From Dehalococcoidia bacterium (GTDB lineage Bacteria > Chloroflexota > Dehalococcoidia > DSTF01 > WHTK01), in assembly GCA_009377745.1 (NCBI GenBank), contig WHTK01000016.1, positions 1,328 to 65,327 on the forward strand: DNA of 64,000 bases, read 5' to 3'. The position numbers and the translations under genes were made by a program. This document shows positions 42,902-52,139 of the stretch, piece after piece. A model generated the notes under the pieces. The model was not told the origin of the DNA. It worked only from the letters and a program-made list of their open reading frames with translations, and did not search any database. Each line of letters starts with the position of its first letter. Within the stretch, counting starts at the first letter, position 1.

Positions 42902-44326
42902 CTATTTCTTCGGCCTGGTGCCCGGCCTGGGTGTGGCGTCCGCCGCAGCCTGAACCTTGCGCTCGTTGGTTGACTTGCCGTTAGCACCGTTCGTCGGCAG
43001 ATGGTAATCATCTACCTCCATCGCCAAAGGGCCGAGCCGCACGACCTCCTCCTCGATTGGCGTGGGTAAGCGGTCATATCCCCGCACCGTGTTGAGGGCA
43101 TCGGAGCCGTCGAGGGTCATCTCGCGTACACGTCCGGCTTCCTGTGCCATCGCCTTGTCGCCGGTGCGTACCAACTCCGCGCCTGCCGCGCCGATGCGCA
43201 TCGCCACGACGGCCTCGGATGGGGCGCCATCCTTGTTCTCGGCCTCCTGGTAGCGGTGGCTGGGCCAGTTGTTCGGTAGCTCCGGGACATGGACCCATTC
43301 GCCGCCGTCGACTAGGCGGAGCGTGGCCGTCTCTTTCAGAACCTGGGTGACGTACTCACGGTTCGTCTCGAAAGTGGCCGGCGTGGGCAAGTCGACACCG
43401 CACAGCTCCTGCGGATCCCTGTTCTCGAGGCGCTTGAGGTGCTCAGCCGCAATGCGGAGCTGCTCAATCTCGAAGCTGAGGAATTGCTCCCAGATGCGCT
43501 TGATGCGAGGGTCGACCTCGGTCATGTAGCAGGTGTAATAGTTGGCGCACTCGTTAAACTCGTGCATCACCCACTTCTCGAGCATCGTCTCTGTTGGGTC
43601 TATGAGCGACTCGTACTGGCTGACGTGCTCTTCCTCAACGGCCGAGATCTCGGCGTAAAGCTGCCGCACTTCCGGTGAGCCGTACGTGTTGCCGACGTTC
43701 TTGTAGTAGTTCCACGTCTGCTGCTCGCCGGCCATCAATGTGAGGGCGTGTGCTTTCGTGATCGGGCTCGCGGTCGCCTTGTCGTAATTCTTGAGGATGC
43801 GCAGGGCAGGATCGTTGTGATGGTCTTGCGTCGGCCGTGCCGGGAAGACATCCGTGCGGCCCTGGAGGATTTCGTTCGGGTCTTTGCCGTGAATGAGGTC
43901 CAGCATCTGACTGTAGCGGTATAGGTGATCGAAGTCCTCTAGCAGGCCAAAGTCGAAGGCCATCTTCACGTAGGGGTCAGGCTCGTGGCGGGCCAGGTAG
44001 GCGGTCAACTCGATTGCCACCTGCTCGAAGGCGATCGTGGTTTCGAGGACGCTCTGATCTGCCGGGTTCAGCCAGTTGATCGTGTTCTGCTGCTGGTGCT
44101 CGATCAGGCGCAGGCGGGCGAGGGTCTGCTTGAGGTCTCGGTCATGGGAGACACGGGCGAAGCTGTGGGAGAACACGCCCGCCTCGACTTCAATGCCGTT
44201 CATGAGGATGACGCGGCAGCGTGTGAACGCGTCCACCTCCTGCTTGAGGAAGGGGGTTTGAGCGACTTCTTTCCAGCTGCGCACCTGGCTCTCTAGAGGA
44301 GTGCCTTTTTCTTTGAAGGGGTTCAT
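42902..44326 (-). CDS. Ferritin-like protein with repeated four-helix-bundle motifs
   Basis: ILMNGIE, EHQQQ, LEDFDHLYR, EEEHVSQYESL. Confidence 0.7.
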   Translation of the reverse strand: MNPFKEKGTPLESQVRSWKEVAQTPFLKQEVDAFTRCRVILMNGIEVEAGVFSHSFARVSHDRDLKQTLARLRLIEHQQQNTINWLNPADQSVLETTIAFEQVAIELTAYLARHEPDPYVKMAFDFGLLEDFDHLYRYSQMLDLIHGKDPNEILQGRTDVFPARPTQDHHNDPALRILKNYDKATASPITKAHALTLMAGEQQTWNYYKNVGNTYGSPEVRQLYAEISAVEEEHVSQYESLIDPTETMLEKWVMHEFNECANYYTCYMTEVDPRIKRIWEQFLSFEIEQLRIAAEHLKRLENRDPQELCGVDLPTPATFETNREYVTQVLKETATLRLVDGGEWVHVPELPNNWPSHRYQEAENKDGAPSEAVVAMRIGAAGAELVRTGDKAMAQEAGRVREMTLDGSDALNTVRGYDRLPTPIEEEVVRLGPLAMEVDDYHLPTNGANGKSTNERKVQAAADATPRPGTRPKK

Positions 44327-44543
44327 TGTGAAACTCCTGGGTTGTAGTGAACTCAGGGTACGCGTGGGCTCCGATCAGGCTTATCGTTTCCCTCTTTCTA
44401 AGCATCAACGCGTGCTTACAATCATGCTGCCGGGAAACGATGATGCTCGTACATGCCGATGTCGGCGTAGACGAAGGCCAGAGTCCCACGTTCGAACACT
44501 GGAAGTCGGTGGTTTTCAAATCGCAGTCGACTTCTATGTCAAA

Positions 44544-45035
44544 TCACCACCGTGAAAGCCGACCGCGCTCCCTTCCGAGAAGCTTCTGCACTGCTTGCCA
44601 TCGTTCCGTAGGGGGCAATTCCAGCAGTCGTCGCAGGTCGCGCTCGCCCACCGTCGGTGAAGTCAACGGATCTCCCAAGCACCTCACAGCGTTGATGACC
44701 TCCGGAGTGAGGTGCAGGAGGGCGAGTACCTGCGTAACCCTGGCGCGGGAAACGCCGAGTGCTCGCGCAAGCTCAGCCCTTGATTTCACTTCCCCGCCGA
44801 TGATTCGGTCCTGCCACTCCTCGGCCAGAACAATGGGGTTACGCCGCTCGGGTTTGGGCTTGCTCGGCTCCGCAAGACGCAGCCGAGAAACCGTAGCGGC
44901 AGCATGGTCCTCAAACTCGAAATGCATTCCAGACTTGGAACGCTTGTAGAATGACCGGAGCGTTGCGAATACGCTTAGCTTCAGGAGAGTTCGGGTGTTC
45001 ACCCGGCTCGCGGAGCCACATAATACATATGTTCT
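44544..45035 (-). mobile_element. Repeat module 3: HTH ORF + tRNA-Asn-like 3' end
   Basis: RNPIVLAEEWQ...ARALGVSRARVTQVL; CCGGCTCGCGGAGCCA then CATAATACATATGTTCT. Confidence 0.75.
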
Positions 45036-45369
45036 AACAGGCAGGGAATGACTCAGGACAAAGGTCGTCGCTCTCCGAAGATGGCGCTGCGGATGGTATT
45101 GCCGGTTCTCGATCCTCCTCTGTCCAGAACCATCCTTGATGAACGGCAAGAGAAGCAGCCCCCTTTCGAAATCCGACAAACTCCAGGGCAGCGAAGACAA
45201 GAACAAGAAGCGAGCAGCTCCGTAATTTGACTCTGCCCCTTGGGTTGCCCTCGAAAGCGGAAGCCTTCGCCAAGACATAGTGACCTAATCAGCTTTTCGT
45301 TATATGTTCTCCGATGCCCTGCCTCTCACGGCCCTTGGGAGAATCGCGCTGGGCTGATCATCGCGGCAA

Positions 45370-45417
45370 GGCCGGTAGGGGTAACGACCGACCGGCTGGT
45401 CGTCACCCCTACCGGCC
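45370..45417. terminator. Stem-loop downstream of the DUF11 gene
   Basis: GGCCGGTAGGGGT...ACCCCTACCGGCC. Confidence 0.6.
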
Positions 45418-45445
45418 AACGGAAGGACGATCCCCGGGCGATCGG

Positions 45446-48400
45446 TCAGGGCGGCCCGCCCTGTACCGCCACGATAAGAGTGTCCTCGTTGTTAGAGAGG
45501 TCCGGATCGTCCGTCGAGCTGGAGACCGTCGCAGTGTTGGGTACGTCTCCGAATGCACCCTTCACCTTGATGAAGATAAAGAACTCCGTGCTCTCTCCCG
45601 CCTCCAGTACACCGAGGTCACAGGTCAAAGTCCTCGGCGCCTCGAAGATGCAGCCGCCCGTGTCCGACTCGTAGACCATCTTCTTGTCATCGAGCAGCTG
45701 ATCCACTAGTAAGACGTTCTGAGCATCCGAAGACCCCAGGTTGGTGACCGTCACCCTGTAGGTGATGGTTGTGTTCGGTTTGTACGTCGCGGCGTCTGAC
45801 GTCTTGACGACCTCTAGGTCAGCTTCCGCCTCCACGTCGACCGGCACGCTGTCGTTGTTGTTGCTGTTGTCCGGGTCACCCGTGTCGGAAGAGACGCGCG
45901 CCTGGTTGAACAAGATCGTTCCGTCAGGGGTATCGGCCCTAACGTCTGCCACGACGGTGATGACTTCTACGTCGCCGCTGGCCAGGTTGCCCATGTTGCA
46001 CGTGAGCGGCAGCAGCGGGTCACCGGGCACGCCAGCGTTGCATGTGTTGCCGGGTGAGCTCACAGATACGTTCGTCAGCTCGGCCGGCAAGTCATCGCGA
46101 ACCTCCACGGCCTGTGCGGTCGAAGGACCGTCGTTGGTGACGGTGATCGTATAGGTGAGCTCCTCACCGGCGGTGACAGGATCGGGCGATGCCGTCTTGT
46201 CCAGGCTCAGGTCAGCCCCAGCAGCGAAGGTCACTCGGCCGATAGCAATGTTGTTGGAGTTGTCCGGGTCAGGCGTTTCGCTCGAAACGGTGGCCGTGTC
46301 GTCCACGTCGCCGGGCTCATCCGCCGTGAACGTGACCGTAATGGTGTCGCGCGCGCCTGCCGGCAGGACATCGTCCTCACAGGTGATCGTGATCTCGGTG
46401 TCCGGGCCGATCGGCGTCGCCGGAGAACAGCTCGCCGCTGGGCCCTCGGTCGAGCTCGACGTGATGCCCGTGACCGTTATCGGGGTCGTGCTGATAATCT
46501 GGTCAGTTATGACTACGTCGCGAGCGTCTGATGGGCCAAGGTTGTCGACGTAAATGTCACAGAACGTCTCGGTCCCAGCGGGCGCCGCGTTGGGCTGGTC
46601 AGGCTTACACTCCTTGGTAATCCGCAAGTCTGCGGATTCGATGACGTTCGTGCTGATGGTGACGGAGTTGTCCTCCGGGTTTGCGTCCTCCTGATCGGAG
46701 TCAACGCTGGCGGTATTGCCGATGCTGGTTGTGGCGACGTCCAGATTGGCCAGCAGGCTGGCGTCAACGCGCACCTGGATCGTGAAGGACGTGTTGCCGC
46801 CGCCAGCTAGGTTGCCGATGCTACACGTGAGCGTCAGAGCCGGGGCTTCAACACAGCTGTCGGAGTCGGCGATGTAGGTGACACCGGACGGCAATGTGTC
46901 GGTAACAACGGCGTTGGTGGCGGTGTTACCACCGTTATTGGTCACGTCGACTGTGTAGGTAAGGATTTCGCCCGCAACCACCGGGTCGGGCGAGTCCGTC
47001 TTATTGATCGACAGGTCCACCTGGTTGCACGAGGGGAAGCGGAAAGCGCCGATGCGAGTACCCCAGGCGCCACCGGTAGGCTGCCCGACCAGCGGGTTGT
47101 TGGTTATGTACTGGTTGACGTACCAGAAGGTGCAATTGTCCACGGGGTCCACGCGCATCGCCGAGTAGTCACCCCAGCGGCTTCCATTCACGATCTGGGA
47201 GTCCTGGCCGTTCACGAGCACGAACTCGCCGTTGGGCGGGGCGCCCTGAGGCATGAGGCCGAGGGGGTCGCCTGCCAGACGACCAACGTAGGCGACGCCT
47301 GGGAAGATCGTGTTGCCATCGGAGATGCTGTAGCCGAGCGCCATGTTGCCTGCCTTGTCCATGGCGATGCTACCCATCCAGCGGTGAGGGTCGTCGGCGA
47401 AGCCGGGGTTACCGGCGTCTGGTGAATGGGTCGCCTGCTGGCGAATGAACCAACCCGCGCCCTCATCACGCAACTCGTACCAGCGAACGCCGGCGTGGTC
47501 GGCGCCGTCGACATCGACGGTGTGGTTGAAGACAAGCGTCGCGTAATCGCCGAAATCCCGGTACTGAAGCGGTCCCATCGCCCAGTGGGTCAGCGTCTCC
47601 AGGAGCACGCCACCCGTGGGCTGAGGTACGCAGTTGTTGAACAGGTTGGTGCCGTTGCACAAATCGGAGTCGAAGGCTGCCGTGGCAAGTGAGGGCAGCG
47701 GGGTGAAGGAGGAGTTGGTCGGGTCGCCCCAGTCGACGCTAAAGGCCCTCAGGTCTACCCGGTCGGCACCGCCCCAAAGGTCGCCGTCGACGTGTCGGGC
47801 GAAGATGTTTGGCGTTCCGGGAGGCGGCGCCGGGCCGTCCAGGTCGCTCGGCAGCCAGATCAGGGCAGGCGACCCGCTGGTGAACGCCTGGAAAGTCGCC
47901 GGGTTACCATTGAGCATGTTGGCCCGGTCGAAAACGACGGCGTTGAGGCTGCCGCCGGAGAAGCCCTGCTGGGAGCTCATGTAGTATCCGTCCGGCCAAA
48001 GGCCGATCTTCGGATAATCGTGCCCGAAGTTGAAAACGAACTCGTATAGATACCAGCCGCCGTTCACTGGATCTGCGGTCTGGGAGATGGCGATACACTG
48101 AGCAGTCGGCGGTGTAGCGAAGCCATTCGGAACCGCGAACTGGCTCATCAGCCAACGGTCTGCTAGATGGTCATATACGACGTATGGATCGCCATTGTTG
48201 TTGTTCAAGCAAAGGTTGCCGACGCCAGCGTTGACCCATAGCGAATTGATGTTGAAGGGACCGGCTGCATTGCCACCCTGCTTATCAAAAATCTGGAACT
48301 GCGAGTTTACCATCTCGATGTAGTGATTGGGACCCACGTCACCTACCGGGTCCGGTGGCACGAATCCCGTGTAGGGGATGCCGTCGAAGTTCGGGTTGGC

Positions 48401-48727
48401 GTTGGCAAATTCCGCAGGCGTCACCGCCGCGCCGTCGAGAGTAGTCGGCGCGAGGGCTCCGTCTCCGGTCGGACCTGGGGAGGGTCTGTCCACGGTACCA
48501 GGCAAGATCCCCTGCGTTCTCTGGATACCGGGAGTCTGCCTGTCAACGACCACAGGTGGGAGCACATGGACGTTGCCGTCGAACATCCCAGGCGTTACCG
48601 GATCGCTAACGAAAGGCCCTGGTTGCTGCGCCCGCGCCTCAGGAGCGCCATCAGTCAGAAATGAGGCGCAGATGATAAAGAGCAGAATGAGACCGATTTG
48701 ACCGGAGAAAGATCGCAAAGGCTTCAT
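45446..48727 (-). CDS. Large secreted protein with four DUF11 Ig-like repeats
   Basis: Signal peptide; PPDPVGDVGPNHY...SRWGDYS domain; DLSINKTDSPDPV...YTVDVTNNG-type repeats. Confidence 0.85.
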   Translation of the reverse strand: MKPLRSFSGQIGLILLFIICASFLTDGAPEARAQQPGPFVSDPVTPGMFDGNVHVLPPVVVDRQTPGIQRTQGILPGTVDRPSPGPTGDGALAPTTLDGAAVTPAEFANANPNFDGIPYTGFVPPDPVGDVGPNHYIEMVNSQFQIFDKQGGNAAGPFNINSLWVNAGVGNLCLNNNNGDPYVVYDHLADRWLMSQFAVPNGFATPPTAQCIAISQTADPVNGGWYLYEFVFNFGHDYPKIGLWPDGYYMSSQQGFSGGSLNAVVFDRANMLNGNPATFQAFTSGSPALIWLPSDLDGPAPPPGTPNIFARHVDGDLWGGADRVDLRAFSVDWGDPTNSSFTPLPSLATAAFDSDLCNGTNLFNNCVPQPTGGVLLETLTHWAMGPLQYRDFGDYATLVFNHTVDVDGADHAGVRWYELRDEGAGWFIRQQATHSPDAGNPGFADDPHRWMGSIAMDKAGNMALGYSISDGNTIFPGVAYVGRLAGDPLGLMPQGAPPNGEFVLVNGQDSQIVNGSRWGDYSAMRVDPVDNCTFWYVNQYITNNPLVGQPTGGAWGTRIGAFRFPSCNQVDLSINKTDSPDPVVAGEILTYTVDVTNNGGNTATNAVVTDTLPSGVTYIADSDSCVEAPALTLTCSIGNLAGGGNTSFTIQVRVDASLLANLDVATTSIGNTASVDSDQEDANPEDNSVTISTNVIESADLRITKECKPDQPNAAPAGTETFCDIYVDNLGPSDARDVVITDQIISTTPITVTGITSSSTEGPAASCSPATPIGPDTEITITCEDDVLPAGARDTITVTFTADEPGDVDDTATVSSETPDPDNSNNIAIGRVTFAAGADLSLDKTASPDPVTAGEELTYTITVTNDGPSTAQAVEVRDDLPAELTNVSVSSPGNTCNAGVPGDPLLPLTCNMGNLASGDVEVITVVADVRADTPDGTILFNQARVSSDTGDPDNSNNNDSVPVDVEAEADLEVVKTSDAATYKPNTTITYRVTVTNLGSSDAQNVLLVDQLLDDKKMVYESDTGGCIFEAPRTLTCDLGVLEAGESTEFFIFIKVKGAFGDVPNTATVSSSTDDPDLSNNEDTLIVAVQGGPP

Positions 48728-48995
48728 CGATCACTCCTTTGATTGGCGCGAGGCGCCTCTACGGGATAATTCCCAATGCATGGACGAGCACGATCCGGAC
48801 TATAATCGCTCTACCAGATCTATTCAAGAAGCGTTGAGAGGAGACGAAAAAGTATCTCATTTTTGTAACGCAATCGAAGAGGCGTAAGCCCGGGGTCGGC
48901 CATAAGGTGCGGAGGCTTAGCCTCGGTCGCGGCAGGTGACACGGGAAGTCGACCGGAGGATAACGCCGGTGGGTAGTCAGGAGGAAGCCAAAGCC

Positions 48996-49715
48996 TTATT
49001 GGTCAATAATCACGAACTCGTCGGACAGGATGCTGACGACCTGGTCTGAAGTCTCAAAGATGACCTCTATCCGATAGGTGCCAGCACTTATGGGAGCGTC
49101 CAGCAGGCTGAAGGGGACACCGCCTTCTGACCGAGGAGAATCCTCAGGGAGTATCCCCTGGGGTACCTCCGTCGCAGGCAAGCGTGCGGCAGGTGGCTCA
49201 GTGGGGATAGTGCGCAAATCCTGGTCGAACTTTCCAGCGCTGGACGGGCCGCCCAGGATCGGTTGGGGGACCCCGATGAAGCCCGTGAGGGTCCCATCAG
49301 GAGCGATGAAGTAAGGCGATAGAACGCCCGGCGAAGTACACTCCAACTCGGTCCAACCGCTACCATCCTGGCGCCAGATTTTGGCGACAACGCACTGACT
49401 TCCTTCCCCGGGAACACGGATGGCCTCCGCTAGTTCATTGCGGATTGTCACCTTGATCTCTTCACCTTCCTGATATTGCTGCTTGTCCAGCAAAACGCTG
49501 ACAGGACTGGCTACCGGTTGCGAGGCGCTCGTTGTCGGTCCGGGTGTGCCCGCTGGGAGCAGTGGAATGCTGGTTGCCTTCGGCGTCGCGGTCGCTATGC
49601 TCTCGAGAGTGGGTCTGTCAGTCTCGCCTTCAGGCTCACTCTCTCCCAGAGCAGAGGAGCATGCGAACGCCATTGCTACGGATAGCAGAAGGATAGCAAG
49701 CTGTAGCTGTCTCAT
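48996..49715 (-). CDS. Hypothetical lipoprotein
   Basis: Lipobox-like MAFAC; Ig-like segments. Confidence 0.7.
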   Translation of the reverse strand: MRQLQLAILLLSVAMAFACSSALGESEPEGETDRPTLESIATATPKATSIPLLPAGTPGPTTSASQPVASPVSVLLDKQQYQEGEEIKVTIRNELAEAIRVPGEGSQCVVAKIWRQDGSGWTELECTSPGVLSPYFIAPDGTLTGFIGVPQPILGGPSSAGKFDQDLRTIPTEPPAARLPATEVPQGILPEDSPRSEGGVPFSLLDAPISAGTYRIEVIFETSDQVVSILSDEFVIIDQ

Positions 49716-49954
49716 CTCCGATGCCTCCTCCTTCACGTCTAGCATATCGCAGCCGGTTCGAAATCATCGCGGCCGCCGGGCGCTCGAGATCCTAATCTAG
49801 AGACGTAGAATCCTTGTCGAAGGTTCCCAGACGCAGATGGCAGGCCGCGTGGACAAACGCAACCTCTCGGCGGCAGGGTGGGTCCGCGAAACCGCATTTT
49901 TCGCGTACCAAGGCAGGTCGCAGAGTTCATGGCCTTGAGACATGGGATTCCTTC

Positions 49955-50392
49955 TTCTCTCTGCTCATCAACTGCGAACGATGCAAGCCCTCTAAGCGCC
50001 TTTTCACTAACAGACCGGGCATCGGATCGCCTAGCGCCCTAACCTTGTCATTCACATCCACAGCGAGGTGAGCAGGGTCAGCGTTTGGGTCACGCGGGCA
50101 CGGGAGACGCCGAGCGTTCGGGCGAGATCAGCCTTTGAGCGCACCCCGCCGTCGGCGAGGCCGTCGCTGCCACTCCTCGGCCAGGACGATGGGGTTACGC
50201 TGCTCGCGCTTGGGCTTGACCGGCTCCCTGAGAACAAGCCGTGGTGCCGTACGTGCGGCGAGATCGCCAAACTCGAACTGCGGTGATGACTTGGAGCGCT
50301 TGTAGAATGACCTGAGCGTCGCGAATACGCTAACCTTCAGGAGAGTTCGGGGTTTCACTCGGCTCGGGGAGCCAATATAACACAGATGTTCT
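49955..50392 (-). mobile_element. Repeat module 4 (frameshifted HTH ORF + tRNA-Asn-like 3' end)
   Basis: RNPIVLAEEWQ / ADLARTLGVSRARVTQ in different frames; TCGGCTCGGGGAGCCA then ATATAACACAGATGTTCT. Confidence 0.72.
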
Positions 50393-50620
50393 AAAATGAC
50401 CGCGATGCTCAAGAACCTTGATGATCAGCAACCTCATGGGAAGACACGTCAAGACCAGGCGCACGCGGTCGCGCCGTCAGTTGCCGGGGGAGTCGTCTCG
50501 CTAGCGTCTGCCTGACCAACGGCCGCAAACGGTTGTAAACTCTCCAGAGAGCGGCCGAAATAGACCAACGGACTTACGTCGAAGTCCCACGGTGGCGCGG
50601 CCGTCTCAGATTCAAAACAG

Positions 50621-50657
50621 GGGCCTCTAGCTCAGCGGTAGAGCAGCGGACTTTTAA
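50621..50657 (+). tRNA. tRNA-Lys(TTT) 5' half, cut after the anticodon loop
   Basis: GGGCCTCTAGCTCAGCGGTAGAGCAGCGGACTTTTAA followed by non-tRNA sequence. Confidence 0.7.
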
Positions 50658-50681
50658 CCTCCTGGTGCGGCAGGCAATCAA

Positions 50682-50716
50682 GTCCCCCGGTCCCAAAGCC
50701 TTTGGGACCGGGGGAC
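50682..50716. terminator. Perfect hairpin downstream of the MBL gene
   Basis: GTCCCCCGGTCCCAAA-GCC-TTTGGGACCGGGGGAC. Confidence 0.65.
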
Positions 50717-50782
50717 CCCAGTCGGATGCCACTCTATGGCTTTCTCCGCCCTCACCTGTGGGGCGCATTCACTCCAGGCTGG

Positions 50783-52139
50783 TTACTCAACGCGATATCC
50801 CGCTGATTGCCAAGCTCCCACTCCGCCATCGAGATTGATCAAGTCGCGGAACCCGGCGGACTCAAGCAATGAGATGCCCGTCGATGAGCGCTCTCCATGG
50901 CCGCAGTAAACGACTACGGGCCGGTCCCGAGGGATGGTGGCGGCCTTCGCCGCCAAGCTCCCCAGTGGTATGTGTATTGCACCCTCGATATGACCGGCTT
51001 GGTACTCTGAGACTTCCCTGACATCAAGACTGACTGCGCCCTCAAGGAGGCGTTTCCTGGCCGTCGAGGCATCAGCAAGCTCGACGTGTCGCAGCTCTCG
51101 TCCTTGCGATTGCCAGGCTTCGATGCCTCCGCTGAGCCAACCGCCGAAGTTCTCATAGCCCACCAGTAGCGACTCTTCAAGGATTCGAACCAGTGGCGTG
51201 CCATCGGTTACGAAGAGCAGCAGTGAGTTCTCAAGTACCAGCCAGCCTAACCAGATCGGGTAGACGTCTCTGAAAGTGTCGCTCAACGAACCAGGGAGAT
51301 GCCCGTTGGCATAGTCCTCCTTGGACCGGACATCGACCACCACTGCTCGCGCTCGCAACGCCTCGAACTCCTCGGGGTCGAGCGCACGCGGCGGCGCAAT
51401 TTCTCGCACCAGGCGTGGGCCGCTTTGGTTCACTGCACGCAACCGAAAGAAGTAGTCGGGGACGGCCGGAAACGTGGTGGGCAGCCAGTTCGTGAAGGTC
51501 TCTTCATCTTCGATGGCCAGCACCAAGTTTTCGCGGCGTTCCCGTCCCAGAGTTGATGTGCGCTCTCCTCCGCTGCCCACCGAGCAGAAGGAACCACCAC
51601 CGTGAGTCGGGTAGAGGATGGTTTCGTCAGGCAGGTGGGAGAACGCGTGGTGCAGGGTCCGATACTGGGCTCGCGTCAAGGCTTCTGTAAGGTTTGGCGA
51701 AATGAGGTCTGTGCGCGCTGCGCCACCGACAATTAGGGAACCGCCACTGAAGAGCAATGGCGGGCCCGATGCTGAGCGAACCACGTAACTCAAGTGCTCG
51801 GGTGTGTGACCCGGCGAAGCTAACGCGGTGACCTCACATCCCTGCAAGTCAACGGACTCTGCGCCCCGTAGACCTCGATGCGGCAACTTGAGCTCCGCCT
51901 CACTGGGCGCGAAGATCGGTACGCCCGTCTGCGACGCAAGCTCATTGGCGCCGGAAACGAAGTCCGCGTGCAGATGCGTCTCGAAAACGCCGGCCGGCTT
52001 CAACCTGTTCGATGTCAAGGCATGCAAATAGCGCTCCCACGGTCCGGTCCGGGTCAATCAAGACAGCGGCACCGTTACCGAGGTCCACGACGTAGGAACT
52101 GTTGCCCAGGCCCTCGTGCACGAATTGAATTGCTCTCAT
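50783..52139 (-). CDS. MBL-fold persulfide dioxygenase-like + rhodanese fusion, frameshifted near 52040
   Basis: GLGNSSY, THLHADFVSG, PGHTPEH, PTHGGGSFC, YCGHGERS. Confidence 0.85.

Noticed and set aside
50657..50780. Intron interrupting tRNA-Lys(TTT)
   Set aside because: No 3' exon follows and no group I/II core was recognised; the hairpin is better explained as the terminator of the convergent MBL gene.
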